A stretch of 63,848 nucleotides of DNA, filler included, from Salisapilia sapeloensis CBS 127946 (lineage: Eukaryota > Protista > Oomycota), in assembly GCA_023334545.1 (NCBI GenBank). It is 10 parts of 10 records of this genome, joined end to end, with 100 filler letters (N's around TTAATTAATTAA, not from the genome) between each part and the next. Parts side by side here need not be neighbours in the genome. Positions count along the whole stretch, not along the records: positions 27,901 to 49,315 come from JAADVB010000285.1; 9 more parts are not named here. One strand, written 5' to 3'. A model generated the notes under the pieces. The model did not search any database. It was not told the DNA's origin and worked only from the letters and a program-made list of their open reading frames with translations. Shown one piece after another: positions 34,201-44,686 of the stretch (positions within the stretch are counted from its first letter, which is position 1; each line of letters starts with the position of its first letter). The position numbers were made by a program, and so were the translations under genes.

Positions 34201-36811
34201 CAACGTTACCTGCCGCACAGATATGGAAGAGAGTAGCAGCACAGTATGCTTTTGTTACTTGGCAAAAAGTAATACACGGTGCGGATAAGTTAATGGGTCT
34301 TTCACAGACAGCTATCAGCGCCCTCTCTACTTGCTCCGAGTAAAATGGGTTTTGATGACCTCGACGTTGTGAGTAAGATCTAGATAATGTGAACAGGATA
34401 GCAGCAGCGAGGTAGTTTAGCTTGTGTTGGTGCGCTATTGCCGCTTGATCCTTGATAGAGTCATCGTCACCGCTCAGGCAATCCACCACAAGGTCTACCA
34501 ACATACTGATGTTACGTGGGTCCATAATCTCTGAAGCAACTGTGAGCAGTGCTAAGAGAAAAAGCTCCTGGTCATCATCAAAAGCGATATTGAGAAGCTC
34601 AAACTCTCTCTTTTCCTTCGTCCATTGCTCTAACTTTTGATCGTGTTCTCGAAAGAAATAGACACCGTGAACTAGACTTCGCACAACCATGTCACCATAA
34701 ACTATCGTCTGCAATCGACTCGTAAGAAGTAAATTGCACAATAAGTGTACATGCATATACTGCAAGCTCCGAGTACTGCGTCTGTCGTCGGCTGCTAGTG
34801 CTAAGACACTCCCATCTAGCGTTTGTGCAAGTACAGTATGATATACACTACGCTGCGCTAGGTTCGAAATCGTAACAACGGCGTCTTCCCTAATATCATC
34901 CGTCACATCGTCTAAATTGAGCACTGTCCTATCGACTATGGCAGTCAATTTATTCTCTTCGTGATCTGACCTGCAAGTTGCAATGGTGTAGAGCAATGGC
35001 AATACTGCTGGAAACTCCATCATGTAGACGGCACAGTTCTCATCGAAGCTGATGTTGCAGATTGTACGCATTACGTTTCGCAGCAAGCATAGTCGATCGT
35101 GACCCTCTGATAGAATCTGTTGTCTGTCTAAGAGAAGCATCCTTGCCGCCAGACGAACAACATCTTGCTGAAAAATATGCTTTCGTGGCTCAGTATTACT
35201 AGATAAGTTAGCCAATGCACGAGCGCATGGAATGACGACATGCTGCAAACGAATTTTAGCTATTGATCCGTATGTATTACTCCCTAGATCATGGAGGGCT
35301 CTCAAGAGGAGCATGGAAAAGATTCGAGCACCACAATGTGCTAGATTGACATGAAATTCGAAGTGCGCAGATATGTTTGCAAAAGCCTTTGCAATTCGAC
35401 TCAGCACTGTCAATAACGCCGAACTATTAGCTCCTAAAGTTGGACGTACAATCAGGCCCAACTTGATACTTAAATCGCGGTCAATAACACTGATACTTTC
35501 ATCTAGCATCTTGCACGCGTCAGTCGTAAGCGTTAATAGGATATCAGCTGCACCACCTCGTGCGGCACTAGCGCAGCATTCTCGTTTAATAGATAGGTTA
35601 TAAATTGCTTCGACTGCAAACTCGATATGAGAAATATCTGCTAGGTGTCCGATTACTGTCATGATACCAGGCTGATACTTCCCTGTCTGTGGCTCGCCGA
35701 CATAAACTCTTTCCGGAAACGAAATATCGTAATAAATGAGGTTTATCACACACTTGACAGCTAGCATTTGAAGTTCCCTGTTCGATAAGGAGAGCATGGC
35801 CAGCAGTTCGAAAACAACTCTCGCGTTCTCCAAGGCCGGTGCAAGGCATTCATCGAAAGAAAGTCTACACAGCGCAGTTGCACATATCACTTTTACTTCT
35901 ATGTCTTGTGCCCAACATAGCTCTAATAATGCAAGCAATCCATTTTGTTTCATGAAAGCACTTCGTAAGGCTGCTGTGGTTGTTAAGTTAGAGATTGCTG
36001 CAGCACAATATCTGAGCAATGGAGCATTTTCAACGTCCGCCATATCAGCAATTTGAGAAATCGCGCCGCCTTGTATCACTTTTAATTCGTGTCCTTCGAG
36101 ACAAGATAGTTTGTACAGTGACTTTGCACAGTTTAATCGAGTGCAAAGGTTCTTTGGCATCTTTGCATCCTGTCCATATTCGCTTGTTTGCAAAGAAGTT
36201 GTGTTATTACCTGATTGAAAATTGCTCAGGACGGTACTAAGTGGTGTTTTTAAGTCACCTCGAATGCTGTTCATTCGCTTTAACGTAGCTGACGACGGTT
36301 TCTGCAGAATTGAAGCGCTGCGTATTCTGTCCGCTGTGATAATACTCTTTTTGCGACTAGCACTAGACTCTGCTGATATCGGACGATCCGGTGTAGATGT
36401 CTGATTACAAACTTGACTACTCTCGACTTCCTTGGGAGCAACTGCTTCATTGTCAATTGAAAGGTTGGCGATGGGGACTTTCATGTGCTCCGATGAGAAC
36501 TCGGCCGATGCAGCCATGTACTTGTTCGACACTCGAACGAGACCAAGGTTGTCGGCAGCCTTTACGGCCGTCGCAAGAGATCGGAGGCGTGCTGCCGTAG
36601 GGGATGGCACATAGTTCTCATCGACGGACGCAACTCGAGACCGGCGAGAAAATAGGCTGGGACCATCCTTGTGCACGGATTTCCGACTGGAGACTTGCGA
36701 CGACGTGGCTCGTGTAACTCGACGATCGAAGATGAGTTTCGGACGAGACATTCTCCGTCGCTCTAGCTTGTCGCAGTCCAGCTTCATCCGAGATATAGCG
36801 TGATCGTCCAT
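31295..36811 (-). CDS. Very large armadillo/HEAT-repeat protein (~1840 aa, apparently intronless)
   Basis: Many ARM-like repeats (LRYCAAAISNL, CATALCRLS, CARALANLSSN, YALGIICNLS, AAIALQNLSC). Likely start MDDHAIS at 36811 inside the 1873-aa ORF. Confidence 0.8.
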   Translation of the reverse strand: MDDHAISRMKLDCDKLERRRMSRPKLIFDRRVTRATSSQVSSRKSVHKDGPSLFSRRSRVASVDENYVPSPTAARLRSLATAVKAADNLGLVRVSNKYMAASAEFSSEHMKVPIANLSIDNEAVAPKEVESSQVCNQTSTPDRPISAESSASRKKSIITADRIRSASILQKPSSATLKRMNSIRGDLKTPLSTVLSNFQSGNNTTSLQTSEYGQDAKMPKNLCTRLNCAKSLYKLSCLEGHELKVIQGGAISQIADMADVENAPLLRYCAAAISNLTTTAALRSAFMKQNGLLALLELCWAQDIEVKVICATALCRLSFDECLAPALENARVVFELLAMLSLSNRELQMLAVKCVINLIYYDISFPERVYVGEPQTGKYQPGIMTVIGHLADISHIEFAVEAIYNLSIKRECCASAARGGAADILLTLTTDACKMLDESISVIDRDLSIKLGLIVRPTLGANSSALLTVLSRIAKAFANISAHFEFHVNLAHCGARIFSMLLLRALHDLGSNTYGSIAKIRLQHVVIPCARALANLSSNTEPRKHIFQQDVVRLAARMLLLDRQQILSEGHDRLCLLRNVMRTICNISFDENCAVYMMEFPAVLPLLYTIATCRSDHEENKLTAIVDRTVLNLDDVTDDIREDAVVTISNLAQRSVYHTVLAQTLDGSVLALAADDRRSTRSLQYMHVHLLCNLLLTSRLQTIVYGDMVVRSLVHGVYFFREHDQKLEQWTKEKREFELLNIAFDDDQELFLLALLTVASEIMDPRNISMLVDLVVDCLSGDDDSIKDQAAIAHQHKLNYLAAAILFTLSRSYSQRRGHQNPFYSEQVERALIAVCERPINLSAPCITFCQVTKAYCAATLFHICAAGNVDKRIIEALINCCNSSEEPQSLLACSSAFAMISLTPLGRKELVNCGQLAKALNRLGRNGQVECQQYAAIAACNAASEKCIWTSNELKDFVVIALLRANSIQAKQIHAKTFSNLLCNQETRASAVKDGVLYALMKISQLKALRSEVATERSASAHSKTSVKGNSEAGVDTSVCRCHTSTQACLLHKSAEEIFHVALQALFNVSCDRNYQSHLLGKGIITYLLSAVSSNSRSQEGSTSESTSLLLDTYSSELNDFNHDFDMEISFASRRYALGIICNLSAYEENHKELMNTFVTDAIRMYVDDESETRAAAAIALQNLSCRQPWVEILCERKTLQLLSTLTEDANAVVRHFAVQALANCSRIYDSHHLFAEFKIPQAVPELFDSLVSESEGTQNTGLGKETYLAIFRCLENLAIDDTLAEMIVNENIVLRLLVLVEHRSIGNDEKACIYIADVVNVLAKKYKCADSLLKQRLVSLCGHMRSKHPKSALLAVKVVQVLVQMSMYQHIHKTLVESQIVDIVMSICTSDYGKSFFSLRRCGAELVRNLSLAVTEQLVLYDEYESASGEKDSTTTTYLSSHKISSYGSPESQSGQIPSKNAIQELSSKNNFDSGVHSINERISRLTQKHLLYGVRHLRSEVFSICSGNIPTSNLEDCLGALLDTSAALDNLSTAPYFKQELIDLGAIDMLLKMYQYGQVHSNISEATLLQRISASTLHRLVGEGSQIETDADSLLVPSLLSILDQTDEELHEVRYQCEKVSLHLPSASDLDGNSLQDSSSLSNRFVESVGSFKIQAGQTCNGTNAVNAPGSFTSQSHRLSSSKTQNGTENRFQTKPALACVLQTFMQPSWTVYIVKTTLSTAPGMPLVERRQVKTIGLARGAYEDVLTATKHPVHVLSTQISQSTSKTDKVAAMRAAGVLMTCNDDKYIIKNEARAGSCTSDSKSQQDVEEATYTCKFQRHMQSTRRKQRQNLQA

Positions 36812-36997
36812 GGTGATAAAGCAAAACAGGTATCTATGTCTATAGGATGATACAGGATAAAAATAGGTGATCTGAATATTGAAGTAGATGTTGGTCAACA
36901 TATTGCTAGGCTGCAACGGGACTATATACCGTCAATAATCTTGTCAAGAGCAGTAGGATGGAGGAAGTAGGCAAAAGTAGTTGTATGCAGAATAGAT

Positions 36998-37791
36998 CTA
37001 TGACTTGCGTTGCGTAGGTAACCACCGGTGATCTTTGCTGGCATTCTTCTTGCGCTTCTTTGCGAGGAACTTGGATAAACGACCAGACGCTTGTAGATCT
37101 TCGAACTTGGCCTCCAACTCCACTTTTTTCTTGTCTTTTTGCTACAAATACCAGCTACGTTAGCACCAGCGATACCGAGTGGTAAGCGATGTATAATACC
37201 TTGAGATAGAATGGATTCTTGCCACCTGCAACAGCCTCTCTCTCTTCTCGCTTTCGCTTTTGCAACGCCGATTGAATCTTGTCTTTCTTCTTGCTCTCGG
37301 CCAAATCTTGCTTTCGTTGCGTGATTTCGTGCTAAAGTGCGATTATATCATCATCAAGCTCAGGTATTCAACTAATATAGACGTCGTACCTTGAGCTCTT
37401 CTTTACGTGTAGCACTCTTTGCTTTCTTGAGCTGCTTTTTCAATTCCTCCAGCTCTCTCTCCTACATTCACAAGCTCAGCGTCTCTACGACAATAGCAAC
37501 TAGCAAACAGCATACCTTGTACTCATCCAAGAATGCATACGACTTTCTATACAAGTCTTCATTCAATCTACCAGACAGCTTTTCAAAGCGTGGGTCCACT
37601 ACTTTCGGCTTCTTGGCATCCACCACTTCTCGATGGCGACCGACAGTCCGTTTGGACGATATTTCCAGTGGTGCATTCTTGTTCTTGCGATGCCGGTGCT
37701 GTCTGTTCATTGCTTCCTCTCGACTCTCAAAGCCATTCTTCTTTTGCTCAATGCGTTCACCGAGCGGAACGTCACGCTCACTCTCGACCAT
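36998..37791 (-). CDS. RRP36: rRNA biogenesis protein RRP36, multi-exon
   Basis: KNAPLEISSKRTVGR...DPRFEKLSGRLNEDLYRKSYAFLDE, KNPFYLK, and C-terminal LSKFLAKKRKKNASKDHRWLP. Confidence 0.9.
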
Positions 37792-37923
37792 GTCACTATT
37801 TCGTGTGCTGGTAAATGGACTTGAACGTCGGTATCAATTAAACTTACATTTTGTATATGATCGGACACCAAAAGTGGACACGATCAGAATAGTGAGATAT
37901 TCGCCCCCAGAAGGTCGTTTAAG

Positions 37924-39927
37924 ATGGCTCCACGACTTCATTATCGAATAAAATGGAAATTCTTGCTGCTCAATTTGTTCCTGATGAACACTGATTGCTG
38001 TGCGAAGGAGATTGAGCTATTTAAACCAGAGTACTGGAGCTGGTTCTACCGCTGGCATCGAGGTGCTGCTTGGCTGTTCCATGAATCCACACACCCTTGT
38101 CTTAATTCAAGCAACGTTTGCTCTTTTTCTCAAGTGATAAGACAAGAACAGGCTTGTAAGCTGTATGTAAACACAACTTTAGTGTCTCATATGGACAGTG
38201 TTGAGCTTCGTCCACAACTGAACGAGTACAATATGTCTGCTGGTGACTTTATCGGTGTCTACTGCACCAACATTGAAGAACAAAATAGTGACATGATGTC
38301 TATCAAAGACTATGCAGACTTTTGTGATTACGTTTTGATGCCTTTAAATGATACATCCGTCGCTATTGGGCCGCTTGTTAATGCTAGAGGCTCCTACCAG
38401 TTCCGATACCTACAGAAGACTGGCGATAACAAGTATAAAGTCATCGCTGAATCTGCCCTTGTAGAAATGGAAAGAGGTCCTTCGGAACCACTCCAAATTC
38501 GATTAGCACTAACAGACAATCCTGGGGAGATGCGTATCATGTGGACAACCGGGCGCGTATGGAATCCGTTCGTTCAATACGGAGTAGAAATTGACGCGCT
38601 AGATCACTTTGCTATGGTAAATAATGCAACCGATGTTACAAGTGATGCAGCTGGGACAACGTATGATGCCTCGGACATGTGCCATGAACCAGCGACTACA
38701 AGGTCGTCCATGTATTACATGCATCCTGGTTATACACACGATGCAGTCATGAGTGGACTACAATCCGGTCAGACATACTTTTATCGCACTGGCAGTAAGA
38801 CTGGAGTCAGCAGTGCTGTTTATAATTTTACCCTACCTCCTTTGAAAGGAGAGTCTTCAACGACCTCTCCCCAAAGCTTCATTATCTTCGGAGATCTTGG
38901 ATCAAGCGTTCTTGAACCTCGTAACGTACGAGACTCGGAGCGTTCCTTCTTCAATAAAGACCTTCTTTCACGGCCTAAAGGCCCTAGTGATAAACGTACA
39001 GTCATGCAACGGGTCTATCAGGATATTCGTAGCAAAGAGTATGACTACCTTCATGTGCTCCATATCGGCGATTTATCCTATGCAAAAGGAAAGGGTTTCA
39101 TGTGGGATCAATTCGGAGCAATCATAGAGCCTATTGCATCTCACATTCCATATCACGTCGGCATTGGCAATCATGAATATGACTACACTGTCAATGGCTT
39201 GCATCATGATCCGTCAGGGGGTGATGCCTCTCATTCGAATGGATGGCATCCAAAGACTGGAAACTTTGGCAACGACTCAAACGGCGAGTGTGGAGTGCCG
39301 ACTGCCAGACGGTTCCATATGCCGGATAATGGAAATGGTGTCTTCTGGTATAGCTTTAGCATTGGACTCGTACATCACATCGTCATCAGTAGTGAGCATC
39401 GATGCGAAAGAAACGCTCCAATGATTCAATGGCTAATGCAAGAATTGCAAAGTGTAGATCGATCTGTAACACCGTGGTTGGTGCTGTATCTTCACCGACC
39501 ATTGTACTGCTCAGAGTATTACCTCGGCGATTTTAAAGTGACCCACATATTGCGGGCATGTCTGGAGGACTTGATTGCAGAACAACGCGTTGATATCGTC
39601 TTTAGTGGGCATTACCACGCGTATGAACGTACATGTCCAGTGCATCAAGGTGAATGCTACACACAGATTATCGAAAACGATCAAGAGGAAGCACATGCTC
39701 CAACACATATTATGATCGGGTCAGCTGGAGCAGAAGTTGATGATATGACTTATCTCAGTCGGTCGTACAGTGTGAATCGGCAGGAAGAGTATGGATATGG
39801 TAGGTTGCACGTGTATAACGGAACACATGCACTATTTGAATTTGTTCGTGCGCGAGATCGAAACATTAGTGATTCACATTGGATAATCTCGAGCCATAAA
39901 TGGGACCCACATCCCCGACTCAACTAG
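37924..39927 (+). CDS. Purple acid phosphatase (FN3-like + metallophosphoesterase); 5' structure uncertain
   Basis: All five metal-ligand blocks are present: GDLG, GDLSY, GNHE, VLYLH and GHYH. The N-terminal region has IRLALTDNPGEMRIMWTT. Confidence 0.9.
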   Translation: MAPRLHYRIKWKFLLLNLFLMNTDCCAKEIELFKPEYWSWFYRWHRGAAWLFHESTHPCLNSSNVCSFSQVIRQEQACKLYVNTTLVSHMDSVELRPQLNEYNMSAGDFIGVYCTNIEEQNSDMMSIKDYADFCDYVLMPLNDTSVAIGPLVNARGSYQFRYLQKTGDNKYKVIAESALVEMERGPSEPLQIRLALTDNPGEMRIMWTTGRVWNPFVQYGVEIDALDHFAMVNNATDVTSDAAGTTYDASDMCHEPATTRSSMYYMHPGYTHDAVMSGLQSGQTYFYRTGSKTGVSSAVYNFTLPPLKGESSTTSPQSFIIFGDLGSSVLEPRNVRDSERSFFNKDLLSRPKGPSDKRTVMQRVYQDIRSKEYDYLHVLHIGDLSYAKGKGFMWDQFGAIIEPIASHIPYHVGIGNHEYDYTVNGLHHDPSGGDASHSNGWHPKTGNFGNDSNGECGVPTARRFHMPDNGNGVFWYSFSIGLVHHIVISSEHRCERNAPMIQWLMQELQSVDRSVTPWLVLYLHRPLYCSEYYLGDFKVTHILRACLEDLIAEQRVDIVFSGHYHAYERTCPVHQGECYTQIIENDQEEAHAPTHIMIGSAGAEVDDMTYLSRSYSVNRQEEYGYGRLHVYNGTHALFEFVRARDRNISDSHWIISSHKWDPHPRLN

Positions 39928-39992
39928 AATCAACTATCTACTTGTTTATTTTCATCTGAGCTCTTGTTTATTCGTATCTTTACACTAGTACT

Positions 39993-40993
39993 TCATCGTA
40001 AACCTGGTAGCTGACTGTTCTTTGAAGGTGAACAAACACTACTTGGACGTAGATGTTGCTTCCGACTTGCCATTGCTGTTGTTGCTCTCTCCATTGGTGT
40101 ATGACGCAACACTGGTACACTGGAAGCACGTTCCATACACCTTTGTTCTTCCATCTCTTGTAGGCTTTGTAATGTTGGTACCTGCGGTTTGGATGAGAAT
40201 TCGGATGGTGTCCAAAGGCGATTTGCCTTCTTCCACTCATCGAAGCTAAGTAGTTCCGATTGATACTTTCCCATCGTTTGCTTTGTACCTTTTGGTCTAA
40301 GCTGAAAACCAATCTGAGTAGATTGCATGCTTAGGCGGCGATTGTCTTTACTTGAAGAAGCACTCGTACATCTCCTTGGGGATGCCATGTTGACGAAAGG
40401 ACCAACCTGACTGACCAGGCTATTGATTTCAACTTTCATATCGTCAATAATGTTCATTGCGGACTGTTCTCGCTGTTGGCTCGATTTACTTTCCATCCAA
40501 GCATGCTCGCATTCGTTCCGGTAGAAACTCATATCCTTGACATGCTTGTCGTGCACTCGATTCAGCGCTTCGATCGCTAAAGCTTCTGACACCAGTTCGT
40601 TCTTAAACTGACAGCACTAAATCAATGCATTAGACGAATACGATCTCTGTAGTACAACGATGTATAAGCATGTACTTTGTTCAACATCAAGCGATGGGCT
40701 TTTATCTCTTGCCGGAGAGTCGAGCTCAATTCTATATAATCGGCTCGAAAACGATCAAACATTGTCACCACTTTTTGACTTTCTTGAGTCAGATCCACCA
40801 TTTCATCTTCTAATGGTTCATCGTCGATTAATGTCGTATATGCTTCCACATCTCCATCGTCTTCATTGACTCCCTCCGCTTCTATAATCGCCTTGTTTTC
40901 TACTACCTTTCCACTTCTCTTCGCTTTTCTATCTTCATCCTTACGATGCCTTGGTCTAGACTGGTTGATCGAAATACTCTTCCGTCGACTCAT
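39993..40993 (-). CDS. Hypothetical coiled-coil protein, at least 2 exons
   Basis: ORFs 40622-41068 (likely start MSRRKS at 40993) and 39993-40592 are separated by a short intron-like stretch. Confidence 0.55.
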
Positions 40994-41332
40994 ATGCAGT
41001 GAAATGTTATGCGAAACAATGAAAGATGTGGCAAAGTCGAGAAACGGACATGGTAACCTAGACAACATCAGTTTCTGGCATATTTAGCCCAAGCTTAATG
41101 CACAATGACTTTTATAGCCCATTGTTAATGAGCACGACCCTTCTGTAAACTGTTGTATAGTCCACCGGACCTCTGCAGAGCCACTGAAATGATGGACAAA
41201 CGCTAGCGCTTCCCAAAGCTCTCCACATGGTAACCTGGACAGCACCGGGTGCTAGGGTACTATCATGGTACGACGAGGGCACACTTACCACTCGCCATTC
41301 ACCTTCCGACCCAAGTGCCCAGATTGATTAGC

Positions 41333-43396
41333 ATGGCAAAGAAGAAGGCTGGTGGCAAAGGCAAGGCCGATAAGGACGTCTCGAAGGCCCAGCGTCAAGA
41401 AGCAAAGAAGGCCAAGCAGGCTCAGAAAGGTGCAAAGAAAGACAAGAAGAAGCAGGGCGAGGATGAGGAAGAAGACATCGAGGCTCTATTGAACGAGTTT
41501 ATGCAAAAGGATAAAGACCGGAAGGAAGTGACGGTTGAAAAGGTGGATCAGCCAAGTCCTCGATCCAACTTTACCATGACATTAGTTCCGAATACGAATG
41601 AGTTTGTCATGTTCGGAGGCGAGTACTTTGATGGCGACGTGAACGAATGTTTCAACGACGTCTTCCGTTGGCAACCAGACGCGAGCGAGTGGAAGCAGGT
41701 GTCTTCTCCGAACACACCTCCGCCTCGTTGCAGCCACCAAGCTGCTGTCTTCCGAGATCATCTCTACATCTTCGGCGGTGAATTTGCTACGGCAGATCAA
41801 TTCCATCACTACCGAGTACGTATTTTATAGCCTCTTGGGTCAATTCTTGATCTGACGAGTACCTTTTGATAGGATCTATGGCGTTTGGACTTGAAAACGA
41901 ATGCGTGGGAGCAGATGGATGAAAAGGGAGGTCCGTCGCCCCGTAGTGGTCATCGCATGGTCGTCTGGCGTAACTTCCTCGTTGTCTTCGGAGGTTTCTA
42001 CGAAGCTGCTCGTGAAACCAAGTGGTTCGATGACCTCTATCTCTTCAGTCTCGTGGATCTCAAGTGGCGTAAGATTACATTCCCATCTCATCGTCAAGTC
42101 CCCGCCGCTCGCAGTGGCTGTCAATTAGCTGTCCATCCATCGAAAGACATTGTCTTTATCTATGGCGGGTATGCGAAAGTCAAGAACGCAGGAGAGAAGT
42201 TGGAAGGAAAAGTGTACACAGACTTGTGGGCATTGGACCTCGCTCCTGTCCTTAAGAGCCAGAACCCTGTCTTTGAGAAGCTGTCGAGAAAGGGCACACC
42301 TCCGTCTCCACGCAGTGGCTGCACCGTTGCGACGCACAAGCAGCGGTTCATCCTGTTCGGAGGTGTGTACGACGAAGAGCAGCGTCGACATGAGATCCAG
42401 TCGACGTTCTTTAACGACTTGTTCGTGTACGACATGGACCGACGTCGATGGTTTGAGTTCCGACTGCGAGGGAAGAAAGAGGCGAAGAGTCGTCGACGAA
42501 AAAAGAAGGTAGATACAGAAACAGAGGTGAAGGAAGAGGAAGAAGAAGAGGGTGAAGACGACTTTGATCGGATGATTGAGAACCAGTTCGGGTACGTCGA
42601 TGAAGAAGGAAATATTGTGTACATTGAGGATGAGGAAGAAAAGGTGGAGCCGATTGAGATTGAAGAGGAGGAAAGCAAGGAAGAACCAATTGAGGTGGAA
42701 GAAGAGGAAAGCAAGGAAGAACCGGAAGAAGTGAAGGAAGTGCCGGTCGTAGAGACGCCAGTGGAAGAAGCTCCGAAGCCATGCGCACGTATCAACCCTG
42801 CGATCTGCGTCCGGAACAGCACGCTCTTCGTCTACGGTGGTATGGTGGAAGATGGTGATCGAGAGATTACACTGGACGATTGCTGGACGTTGGACCTGAA
42901 GAAACTGGATGAATGGAAATTAATGCTGGAGGGTACAGCGTCGGAGCAGGTATGGCGTGGCACCTCTAGTGATACGGAGGAAGAGGAGGAGGATTCGGAT
43001 GAAGAAGAGGAGGATGCAGTAGAGAAAATGGCCAACGTCTTGGAAGAGAAAGAGGAATCGAAACTGGACCGTAAGGCCATTCGGGCCGAGAAGGAGAAGC
43101 TACAGGAACAGCTCAACCTCGGCGACGTGATGTCGACGCCTCAGATGGGCGAGAACCTACGAGACTTCTTTGCTCGAACGGATGAGTTCTGGGCAAGTAA
43201 AATAGCAGAGCGACCGGATGCAGTCGAGAGACAGTTGGATCGAAAGGAGCTGAAGCGAGAAGGTTTCTTCTTGGCGGAAGATCGGTACAATGAGTTGCTG
43301 CCGATCTTGGAACGTCTGGACGTGCTGGAGAAGGAGCAGCAGGAGGCTGAAGCGCAGTATGAAGCATCTAAGAAGGGAAGTAAGAAGCGAAGATAG
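41333..43396 (+). CDS. KLHDC4: Kelch domain-containing protein 4 (Kel3-like, with C-terminal DUF4110-type region); intron 41816-41872
   Basis: Kelch repeats (PSPRSNFT, FVMFGGEYFDG, PPPRCSHQA, PSPRSGHRMVVW, FILFGGVYD), acidic inserts, and C-terminal TPQMGENLRDFFART. Confidence 0.92.
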
Positions 43397-43426
43397 ACGG
43401 ACTTTCAACTACCTTGTTTTAGTTTT

Positions 43427-44452
43427 TTATGAGAAGAGGCGAGTGAATAAACCTTTCGGTCGTTCGGCATCGAGGAAACGCATCGGCTTCTCCTCTCCGA
43501 GGAAGCGAGCCACTGCATCTTCAAAAGCATAGGCAGCGTTCTCACCTTCCGATAGAATGACTGGCTGACCCATGTTAGAAGACGTTAGGACGTGCGTGCT
43601 CTCTGGCACGACGCCAAAGACAGGCAAGCCTAGCATCTCCTCAATGTCCTATGCGCATGTTAGTACGTTATATAAATATTGACAATATGTGTACATACAT
43701 CGACGGATAGACAGTCATCGGATTGGACTCGCTTGGCGTCGTACCGGTTGATGAGAAGCTGCTGTTTCACTCGACCGCGGTTCTCCTGTGCCTTGAGAGA
43801 CTTGCTAGCAATGTACCCGATCATCTTGTCCGAATCACGGCAAGATGAGATCTCGGGATTCGTCACAAGAACAGCTTCGTCGGCAAAGTACATGGCGTGT
43901 CGGGCTCCAGACTCGATTCCAGCAGGAGAGTCGCACAGGATGTAGTCGAAGTCCTTTTTAAGTTCATCCAAGACCTCTTCGACTCCAGCTTCCGTCAACG
44001 CTTCCTTATCACGCGTTTGGCTGGCAGCTAGAAGCGACAGATTATCTAGACGCTTGTCCTTGATCAGAGCTTGGTTCAGCTTGCACTGCTTTTCAATGAC
44101 GTGGATGAAGTCGAAGATGACTCTGCGCTCACATCCCTATTCGCATTTGTTAGAAGCAGATAGCTAAATGTCAAAATGAGGTGCATACTAAATGCAAGTC
44201 TAAATTGCGAAGTCCGATGTCAAAGTCGATCAAACAGACTCGATACCCTCGTTGTGCCAAGCCGTAACCTAGACTGGCGGTTACCGTCGTTTTCCCGACG
44301 CCACCTTTACCTGACGTGACCACGACTACACGGCCTTCCCCGTCGTTTTTACGAGCAGCAGTGGATGCAAAGTAGCGTCCGGATGCTGCATTCACTACGG
44401 ATCGCCGTTGCAGTCCTTGCAAGTGACTCTGAAGCTTGAGTAGTGATCGCAT
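43427..44452 (-). CDS. minD: Septum site-determining ATPase MinD with an N-terminal mitochondrial-type presequence; exons 44452-44189, 44136-43699, 43648-43427 (307 aa)
   Basis: Deviant Walker [35 protein letters not shown], and a C-terminal amphipathic helix KGLFTRLFS. The N-terminal ~35 aa are Arg/Ser/Ala/Leu-rich with no acidic residues. Two spliceosomal introns (52 and 50 nt). Confidence 0.95.
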
Positions 44453-44686
44453 GTTCTGATCTCAGCGATGAAAAGGATAAGCACGAAGTAGGTTTGGTAG
44501 ATATGAACGAGTCTTAGGCACGAGTGAGTCCTCGAAAAGGAATGAGCCTTGGACACAGATGAGCTTTTCGATTTGATGTCCACCATAAGTGTCAATGTTA
44601 CGAACCTAGCGCTAGTCTAGTTACGAACATGGTGGCATTATCTGAGAATCGAGCAAGTAGATCAGATACATACTGGAATCATTAGC

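Noticed and set aside
42640-42735. Short tandem duplication in KLHDC4 (EPIEIEEEESKE / EPIEVEEEESKE)
   Set aside because: It is ordinary slippage in an acidic low-complexity loop.
43427-44452. MinD as bacterial contamination or recent HGT
   Set aside because: It has two GT-AG introns of host-typical size and a targeting presequence, and it is embedded between eukaryotic genes.
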